Assembly (NCBI GenBank): GCA_963733035.1
Contig: CAVTBU010000006.1
Span: 32,001 to 96,000, forward strand
Direction of reading: 5' to 3'
Source of the DNA: Pirellulales bacterium
Lineage (GTDB): Bacteria > Planctomycetota > Planctomycetia > Pirellulales > PALSA-1355
Length of the DNA stretch: 64,000 bases
The translations under genes were made by a program, and so were the position numbers. Below are positions 31,601 to 38,887 of the stretch, piece by piece (position 1 is the stretch's first letter; the number at the start of each line of letters is the position of its first letter). The notes below the pieces were generated by a model. It saw only the letters and a list, made by a program, of their open reading frames with translations. It did not search any database and was not told the DNA's origin.

Positions 31601-32448
31601 AAGCCCGGATCGGTGAAAGTGCCGAGATCGTTGATCGAGAGCAACGTGCCCTCGTTGGTCACTTGATCGGACACGACCGACAACGTCGGAGCTACGTTTT
31701 GTACCGAGACGGAAAACTGACCGCTGGCCGACCCGGCTTGCTCGCTGGTGATCGTAACGGTGACCGTGTAGCTGCCATTGTCGGCATAGACGTGTGCGCC
31801 GTCGAAAGATCCTTGCGTCGGCAAGCCGTCGCCACCATAGAAATCGATCGTGGCCGCACCGGTGACGACCGCCGTGCCGTCGCCCCAATCGATGCTGTAG
31901 GTGTAAACAGTCTCGTCGAACCCCGGATCGGAAAATGTGCCGATATCGGTGATGGCCAGGTTGCCCCCCTCGGCAACGTTCTGATTTCCAACAACCGTCA
32001 GCGTGAGCTGTTCCGGTGCGGCATCGACCGCCGGACTGGCTTGGGCTTGCGTCTGCACATCGCTAGCGTCGGTGACGCTGCGATTGTCGGATTCGGTCAA
32101 GTTTGACGCAGCTGGTCCTTTGGGATCTTTCGGCTGATCGCGCATGTGCGCCGGCTGGCCGGGCACTTCGCGACCGCCTGGATCGATGGGTTGTTGCTGC
32201 GCAGCATCGGTTCCCAATGGAGTCGCCGGATCGGGACTCTTGGTCGTCCCTTCGACCTGCTCCATGCCGCTGGCAGCTAGTGCTTGCGCGAGTGCCAGCG
32301 CGGCACCGGCGGATAACACGCGACGCTCTTCCAGAGGGCGCAACTCAAGCTGCGCGGCCAAGTCTTCTCGCGTAAGCAATGCGGGCCTGACGCACCAGTG
32401 GCGGCTCAGGGCGGCGCGGAGTTCGGCCAGCTGCCTTCGCGTTCGCAT
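28621..32448 (-). CDS. Large extracellular PKD-repeat (adhesin-like) protein with an LExRxLL leader
   Basis: LELRPLEERRVLSA leader; 8 Ig-like units with the WGDG and H.YADNG.Y.V.V PKD signatures; C-terminal domain ending in a hydrophobic stretch and an Arg-rich tail. Confidence 0.85.
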   Translation of the reverse strand: MRTRRQLAELRAALSRHWCVRPALLTREDLAAQLELRPLEERRVLSAGAALALAQALAASGMEQVEGTTKSPDPATPLGTDAAQQQPIDPGGREVPGQPAHMRDQPKDPKGPAASNLTESDNRSVTDASDVQTQAQASPAVDAAPEQLTLTVVGNQNVAEGGNLAITDIGTFSDPGFDETVYTYSIDWGDGTAVVTGAATIDFYGGDGLPTQGSFDGAHVYADNGSYTVTVTITSEQAGSASGQFSVSVQNVAPTLSVVSDQVTNEGTLLSINDLGTFTDPGFDNPLNVGGEVSEKFTYAIDWGDGTAVSSGPGTIDVAGSPGVLTQGSFNGSHIYADNGVYTVTVTLNDDDGGSAAQTFTVRVNNVAPTLTVAPNQSVNEGSLLTITNIGQIEDPGFDNPLNVGGEVSEKFTYAIDWGDGTPVNSGPVTIDVPGSPGVPTQGSFDGSHTYADNGIYTVTATVNDDDGGSAAQTFTVVVHNVAPILTVAPNQVVNEGSLLAVANIGQFTDPGFNNPLNVGGEVSEKFTYAINWGDGTPLNSGPPTIDVPGSPGVPTQGSFDGSHTYADNGVYTVTVTVSDDDGGVAQQTFNVTVNNVAPTLAVAPNQVVNEGSLLSVPNIGQFTDPGFNNPLNVGGEVSETFTYAINWGDGTPTNSGPATIDLFGKPGMPTQGSFDGSHIYADNGVYTVTVTISDDDGGTTSQTFEVTVNNVAPTLIVPGDQVVDEGDLLSLPNIGQFTDPGFDNPLNVGGELTERFTYAIDWGDGSPVNSGPAPINVPGGPGVLTAGSFSGAHTYAAAGYYTVTVTVNDDDGGSSVGTFMVTVRSVAPILITAPNQLTNEGSLLSVDKIGQFTDPRIGGAASYTYSINWGDGNPVDSGPATVNPGGGEEGIVTGSFNGAHTYADNGLYTVVVTIVTSDGRSASQALHVQVNNVAPTLVVGPNQIVPLGQLLQLPGVGKFSDPGFDNPLNVGGEVTERFTFSISWQDGTPLTAGPATITSPGSPGVLTSGSFNAQHLFASTGTFTVKVSLADDDGGVAVGTFQVTVFVLRPPPQALFLPPGGGGGGQPPPPVPVGGIDPRAAPPSPLSRIDFRGARIASVAGAEPRLVLRVVTPGGLEERSRDEPLPDELLNNLRALFNRLPDGHYRIYQIQPDGIERLVVDVLVHEGRSIQLDPEAMPVDGPPVEDGAQLDSPPRAIPTADDATSEIARAVTTKPEAPTEPTNEEHRSAAAIPLGIAGAALTAPRLRLRRLRRQLPEDESRRLTKLHRILRRER
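29310..32010 (-). repeat. Eight tandem PKD-like repeats, 345 nt (115 aa) period in the central units
   Basis: NVAP boundaries fall about 345 nt apart (about 31345, 31000, 30655, 30310); DPGF(D/N)NPLNVGGE recurs in 6 units. Confidence 0.85.
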
Positions 32449-32718
32449 GTAACCGAATCCTCTTCCTTCCGCCAAGCGTGGTCGGAAATTGGCGTGGTTT
32501 GCCCAAAGAACTCCATTATTTCTAGCCGCCCAAGCGGGCGTCAAACTTTCCGGGCCCACGTGGGGGTGGCGAGTTTGGGCAAAAGCCGTCGGCCTGAATG
32601 TTTTCGCGTTTTGGCCTGAGTTTATTGCGTCGGGAGGCTGTGCCGGTTGCTCGGAGATTACTGTAGATGCCGGTTAGCGGGCGTCGAATGGGAATGTAGT
32701 CGAGGGGGGATTCATCCG

Positions 32719-33588
32719 ATGCGATTTCGTTGCTCGTACCTGATCCTGGCCGTGGCCTTGACCGCGACGGGCTGCGCGGGCCAGTTAGCTGGGCCGATGG
32801 CGGCCGGCAACAGCCTGCGCATGCTGACAGCACATGTCCCGGCCGCGCCGCCTTTGCCGCCGGCGGGCGACATCCCACGTCCACCCGAGGAGCCAGAGGG
32901 GGCCCTTGTAACGGTCGGCGATACCGGTACGAACAGGTCAATCCGTGACGTAGCCACGACGGTCTCTCCAGCCGGTTTCCAGCGTCAGCCATTGTCGGCA
33001 AAGGAGCGAGCGTCGACTGTGGAGGTCGTTGCCCAGTCGGGCATTGTTCCGCCCGAGTTGGAACCCGTCGAAGAGATCGTCACTCCGATTCCAGGGCCGG
33101 AGTCTCGATTCAAATCGCAGCCGGCCGAGGACGACTTTGATCGATTTAGTCGTCAAATCGTCGATGTGCCGGTTGACATTCGTCCCAGCGAGGGCGCTAT
33201 GCCCGAAGACCGGGGTGCGGACAAGTTTGCCGCGGAGCCGATCGTGGATGAGACGCTGCCTAGCGACCGGCCGGCTGACATCTTCTGTTCGTACACGCCC
33301 TGGACGATTTGTTATCGACCGTTGTACTTCGAAGACATTGCTTTGGAGCGCTACGGCAAGAATGTCGGCTACCTGCAGACGGGGCTCTCGGGCGTCCGCT
33401 TCTTTGGCTCCGTCGCCGCTCTTCCGTATAAGATGACCCGTCGGCCGCCGCGGTCGTGTCAGTGCTCGAATGGCTTCAGCCGCCCCGGGGACTGTCCGCT
33501 ACCGGGCTATGGCAATCGTCGCTTCCAATGGGACGCGGCACTGGTCGAGGCGGCGGTCGTCACTGCGTTCGTATACATCATCCCCTAG
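32719..33588 (+). CDS. Hypothetical lipoprotein with a Cys-containing C-terminal domain
   Basis: Lipobox LTATGC, Pro-rich linker, CYRPLYFEDIALERYG...LPYKMT...CQCSNGFSRPGDCP, hydrophobic C-terminus. Confidence 0.65.
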   Translation: MRFRCSYLILAVALTATGCAGQLAGPMAAGNSLRMLTAHVPAAPPLPPAGDIPRPPEEPEGALVTVGDTGTNRSIRDVATTVSPAGFQRQPLSAKERASTVEVVAQSGIVPPELEPVEEIVTPIPGPESRFKSQPAEDDFDRFSRQIVDVPVDIRPSEGAMPEDRGADKFAAEPIVDETLPSDRPADIFCSYTPWTICYRPLYFEDIALERYGKNVGYLQTGLSGVRFFGSVAALPYKMTRRPPRSCQCSNGFSRPGDCPLPGYGNRRFQWDAALVEAAVVTAFVYIIP

Positions 33589-33624
33589 GGGAAGGTAGAT
33601 GTTTCCGGCGACGCGGACGTCCGC

Positions 33625-35839
33625 TTAGTGCGAGAACGTCTGCTTGAGAAAGCGCACCAGTCGATCACCAAGTGTGCGCGAGGCGACTTCAATACGCGCG
33701 CGACCATGCATGCGGCCGATAAGATTCGGCGGGGCATCATCAATTTGCACGCGGGCCTGATACCAGGTGTCGAGCGGCCGTGCCGCTCCGCGGCCATCCG
33801 CTTCGGCCGGCATGTCACCGGCCGTGGCAAGTTCGCGAGGCATCACGTCCAAATCGAGTTTGGAGATCTCAATGACCTTGCCGCTGAACGATTCGCCCGG
33901 CAAGTGATCGAGCCTCAGCTGCACGCGCTGGCCGCTCTGCACGAGTTCGATGTCATTCTCGTCGACGTGCAAGATCGCTTCGAATTGATCGGGGTCGCCA
34001 ATCAGACAAAACAGCGTGCCGGTTTCCAGCGTGGTGCCGAGGTTCCGTTCGTCCAACGGTGTACCAGACCAGCTCGGCAGCGCATGTTCTTCCGGTGGTT
34101 CACGGGGCACATTCGGCGGCGGCAGAACCGTGCCGTCGATCGGGGCTTTTAGCGCGAGTCTTTTCGCGTCGTGCGCCGACTTGTTCGAGTCGTCGCTGGA
34201 GATCGACGAGGGTAGCTTTGGCCGCCGGTAATTCCGCGCCGATGGTTCCACCATGTAATCGCCGCGCTTCGAGACTCTCCACCAACAGCTTTTGTCGATC
34301 GCGGTCGGAAGTTAACTGTGCGACTTCTCGTTGGACGTCTCCGTTTTTGAGGTGCGCAATTGTGTCACCAGCTCGGACCCGCTTGCCCACCTCGGAAGTG
34401 CTAGTGATCATCCCTGTTGCCGTGACATACACATGTTGGGCGTCGCGGTACTCTAGTACGACAGGCGCGGTAACGTGCATTGGCAATGGTACGCAGGCCA
34501 GGGCAACGAGCCCGCCAGATACCAGGAACACGACCAGCGCGAAACGGGCGGGAGCCACGTTTCGGCGCGACGGATTGCGAGTCCAGTGTACGGTGCCGTC
34601 GACGATCGGCCAAAGAAGTCCGCCGATGGCCACCCCGGCTACCAGCACGACCAAAACTTCCAGGTGCAACGGACGCAAAATGCGGTCGAGCATCCACAAC
34701 ACCAGGACTACCACGAAAACGCGATAGGCCGCTGCGGCAATAGCGTAGAAAATGAGCAACGTTTGACGGCCCGCCGGCGCCAGACGCTCGGCAGGCAGGT
34801 CCAACCCCAAGCAGTACCGCGCCAGGAATCGCCGCAGGGCAGCCGACGATTGCGATTTTAGATTGGGCACTTCCACCAGGTCGGCCAGGATGTAGTAGCC
34901 GTCGTAGCGGAGCAGGGGATTTGCATTCAACAGGACCGTGCCCAGCGAACAAATCAGCACCGTGTTCAAGCACAGCGAATGAAACAACCCGGGCTGGCTG
35001 TACCACCACAAGAACGTGCATAGGGATGCGAGAATAAGTTCGACATAGATGCCCGCGGCCGAAATTGCGATGCGCTGCCACTTACTTGGCAGCATCCAGG
35101 AGTCAGATACGTTGCAGTAAAGCGTGGGCGTGAATACCAGGAGCATGATGCCCATCTCGTGACATTCACCGCCAAAATTTCGGCAGGCCAGCGCATGGCC
35201 GAGTTCATGCAGAACTTTCACTACCGCGAGGGTGATGAAGAGCCATGGTAGATTCGATGCACCGACAACGGCATCGAACTGCGGCAAACGCGCTTCCACG
35301 GCATGAAATTCAACTGTCACTAGCACGGTAGCGGCCAAGGCCAGCGCGCACGCCACACTTACGCCGATCGGTGAAAAGATCCAGCGACCAATCGGATCCA
35401 AAAAATTGAGCAGCGACCGCGGACTGATGCCAGGCAAACGAATCGCGAGCACGCTCAACAGGCTTTCGAACCGTTGACGCCGGTGCCGCTCGATTCGTCG
35501 TTCAAGCAACTTCTCGCCTTGACCGCCCGTGTCGGATTGCAGCAACCCAAATCGATGCAGCGTTGCCAAGAATCCTTGGATTTGTTCGAGTGTCAACCGC
35601 CGCGGAGCAAACGCCGTATCGCACCGACGTTTGAGTTCCTCCAGACTTGTACGACCATCGAGCATCCGAAGCAATTCGTACTCCTCGTCGCCCAAGTGAA
35701 AATACTTGAGCGCGACTGGGTCCTTCACGGCCCAATAACGCCGCTTGCCGAACTGCTGCGCGCGGAATTGAAGGTCTCTCCGCATCCGCAGGCTCAGCGG
35801 CCGGGCGGCCGCGGTTTCAGGCAGGGTCGCGGTGCTCAT
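33625..35839 (-). CDS. PqqD-like / M50 (site-2 protease) / HlyD-adaptor fusion protein, interrupted by a frameshift near 34176
   Basis: N-terminal KDPVALKYFHL...LRMLDGRTSLEEL; HELGH and NANPLLRYDGYY M50 motifs with several TM helices; adaptor motifs GKRVRAGDTIA...LKAPIDG...LHVDENDIELVQSGQRV. Removing one base joins ORF 34100..35872 to ORF 33625..34254. Confidence 0.85.
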
Positions 35840-35843
35840 GGGC

Positions 35844-36722
35844 TCACTGCTCGGCAGGTTTGGATGCAGCAATTACCATCGAGCCGTGCAGGCCGGGACG
35901 CAGCGTCAAATTGGTATTGTCGATCTCGGCCCAGATTCGGACCTGGCCATTCACCGGGTCGACTTCGGGACTGACGAACACGACCTTACCCGAATACTCA
36001 TGTGCGGCGTTGCCCTGGCGAACCACGAGCGTAACCGGTTGACCGACCAGATCATCGTTGACGGACTGCGCGTCGACGAGTCCTTCGGCTCGCAAACGGT
36101 CGAGCCGCAACATGCGCAGAACGGTTTGGCCTGGTTCGACCCATTCGCCAGGATGCCGATGGACCTGTGCGACGAATCCGGACAGCGGGGCGGCGATCCG
36201 CCGCCGGGCGACGTCGTGTTCGGCGGTCTGTACATCGTTTTCCTTGAGTTCACGAGCTGTCTTGGCGACTTCCCACTCGAGCTGCGCTTGTTCAATCTCG
36301 AGGACCGCTTTTTCCGCGGCGAGGCGGAGTTGATCGAGTTCCGATGCCGATACGCTCTCGGCCAATCGCTCTTGCGATTCGAGGGCGCGCTGCAATTCCG
36401 CAGCGGCAACTTCCGCGGATTTCCGCGCAAAACGGACTTTCACATCGCTGTCCGCCAACTTTTGAGCTCCGGCAAGTTCGAGTTCCGCCTTGCGCTTGGC
36501 GAATTTCGTGGCCGCGTCGTCGATTTGCGCGAGCATGTCCCCGGCAGCCACCATTTGACCCTCGTGTACCGAGAGTCGTTCCAGCACGCCGGCTTCGCGT
36601 GCGGGCACTTCAACCTGCTCGATCAGCTTGACGAGAACCGAGGGTACTTCGATTTCAGCCGCCCTTGCGGAGGCCCAGACCAGCGTCGAGCTGATCGCGA
36701 TCGTCAACAGTGCGCGCGCCAT
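35844..36722 (-). CDS. HlyD/RND-type periplasmic adaptor (membrane fusion) protein
   Basis: Signal peptide; VPAREAGVL..LSVHEGQMVAAGDMLAQID, helical hairpin, IAAPLSG, GEWVEPG, GKVVFVSPEVDP, LRPG. Confidence 0.88.
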   Translation of the reverse strand: MARALLTIAISSTLVWASARAAEIEVPSVLVKLIEQVEVPAREAGVLERLSVHEGQMVAAGDMLAQIDDAATKFAKRKAELELAGAQKLADSDVKVRFARKSAEVAAAELQRALESQERLAESVSASELDQLRLAAEKAVLEIEQAQLEWEVAKTARELKENDVQTAEHDVARRRIAAPLSGFVAQVHRHPGEWVEPGQTVLRMLRLDRLRAEGLVDAQSVNDDLVGQPVTLVVRQGNAAHEYSGKVVFVSPEVDPVNGQVRIWAEIDNTNLTLRPGLHGSMVIAASKPAEQ

Positions 36723-36726
36723 CGTG

Positions 36727-38725
36727 TCACCACCATAAGGACTGGACGTACTCGAACAAGTCATGCAGCCACACATATCCTAGCGAACGCCGTCCACAAT
36801 GAATCTTGGCGATTGCCGTAGTCCCTGGTCGCAACGCCGGTACAGACTTTTTGTCAAAGGAAACCATCACGAGTACCGATGGCTCTTGTTGGGCATTCAT
36901 CTCGGTCGAAGGCGCCACGTCTGTTACGCGCCCGCGGTACTCGTGTCTGGGGTCCGAGGCGAGTTTGAAGACGACGTCCAGGTCGGGCTGCAGCGAATCG
37001 CGCGCGGCGAGCACGTGTCCTGCCCGATCGTCCGCGACGTGAAGTTCCAAAACCCAGGGGCCGTCGAGATCGGCAACCGAGAGCAGTGCCTGTCCACGCT
37101 GCACGGGTCGCGAGGCCAATAGTTGCTCGATGTTCCAAGTTAGCGCCTGTCCGTCGATTGGACTTCGGATGGTCAAGTCGCGTTGCTGTTCTTCGAGGAT
37201 CGCCTGCTGGGCGACAAGCCCGGCAAGGGTGGCTTTAGTTTCTTCTTCCTCGGCTGCCAGCTCGTGGGGATCGCGACGATGTTCGTTTCCGACTGGCCGG
37301 TCTTGCAGTCGTTCGGCACGAATCGAAGCCAGTTTCTTCTCCGCCGTTTGCAGCTCTCCCAGAACGCGGTGAGCTTCGAGATCGAGTTCCGCTTTTCGCA
37401 AGATCACCAGCGGTTGTCCCGCTTGCACGGCGCGATCCGAGTTGACGAACAACTCGCTTACTACGCCGTCATCGCTGGCGAACACGTCACGCCGCAAGAG
37501 CGGTTGCAGTTCGCCTCGGGCCTCAATGTCGAAACTCGCAGGAACCAGAACCAGCGCCAACCCTGCCGCCGACAGTGCGCAAGAATAGTGACCGTCTTCG
37601 GCAGCTGTCGGGCTTCAGCGAACCAGCGGATTCTGGACAGCACCCGCCCGACGCGCGCGAGGGGCAGGCGTGAATGCCTCGTGGCGTTGTCGAGTGCGGT
37701 GGCGGCATGTCCGGTCACGGCTGCCACTTGTTGACGAAGCGCATCTCCCGCAGGGATAGCCTGGAAGCACTCGGCGAGCAAAACACCGATCACGCGCGGC
37801 GATGAGGCGCTTGTTTCGTCGAGGGGCTGGCAAAGCGGCACAATCGCGAGGGCGCGCGAGTGACTTTCTTCGAGGTAGGCATCAAGTGGCTGGGCAATTT
37901 CGTCGGGTAGATCGGCGACGCCGTCATGGTACCAAACCGGCTCTCCGCAGGCGGCAACGCGCGCGGCCAGCTGCTCGAGGGCGCGCACGAGCTTGGATCG
38001 CCGTTCCACGGTATCGACGCCGCTGATCGCCGCCGTCCGTACGCGGCGTCCGCGCGCGACCAACACGCTGACTCGGTCGGCGCCGACGAGTTGCGCGCTT
38101 CGTTCGCGATTGCATAGGCAGTTGCTTCGACGTTGAGACTGCGATGCACTCGCTGTGCGAACTGGTCATACCGCCGCCATTGACCGGCTGCCGCGCGAAG
38201 TTCGCGCAGCTCACGATGGCGATGAAAGTCTTCCGCGAGTTCCGCCATGGCGCCCAAAACGCGAACGTACGACCGCACTCGCTCGGGCGAGAACTCGCGC
38301 CTTAAGACAATTTCGAGAATGCCCGCGGTGTGGTCTCCGATCTGAAAGGGCTGAAGCACAGCGGTGCACTTTGACTCGGCGTCCGAAGGATCGGCGGCCA
38401 GCATTGCGACGCGCGGTTGGCCGCTGTCGAAGACCTGCGTGACCGGCAGCCGATGGGGTGCTAGCTGTTCGGCGTTGGAAGCTCTAGCACCCTGCGCAAG
38501 ATGGAACTGATATTCCAAGCGAATGCGATCGTCCGGGCCGCGCTGCCAGACCGCGCCGCCCAAAGCTCCAAGGGCCTGAACGAGGCGATCTAGCAGCTGG
38601 CGATAGAACTCGCCAGCTAGCAGACCCGAGCGCGATCGCGACCCAATGTCGTCGAGCAGGTCTTCGATCTGCTGCCAGTCGTCGTTGGTCAGGTCGGAGT
38701 CGACCGGGAATGGATGAGAGCTCAT
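36727..38725 (-). CDS. GAF-domain + HlyD adaptor protein, interrupted by two frameshifts near 38093 and 37578
   Basis: ORFs 37790..38725, 37461..38066 and 36727..37560 join into ...AYAIANEARQLVGADRVSV...AAISGVD...ILAALSAAGLALVLVP...IRSPIDG...LRPG..AKIHCGRRSLGYVW. Confidence 0.8.
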
Positions 38726-38887
38726 TGAGATTCAGTATAGTCGGCAAGTTGCGGAAAATGGTGTGCTTGAGAGGACGTCTTGCCGGGCCGGTTGGCGCGA
38801 AATCTGGATAAAGTTTGCCGGTTATGTCGAGATTTATAGCAGTGCGGGCGGGCGGATGGCCGATTGATGGATTTCGTGTAAGGGGGG

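Noticed and set aside
26790..32010. Repeats considered as a possible CRISPR array or mobile-element ends
   Set aside because: Periods are multiples of 3 and lie in frame within proteins; there are no unique spacers and no cas or transposase genes
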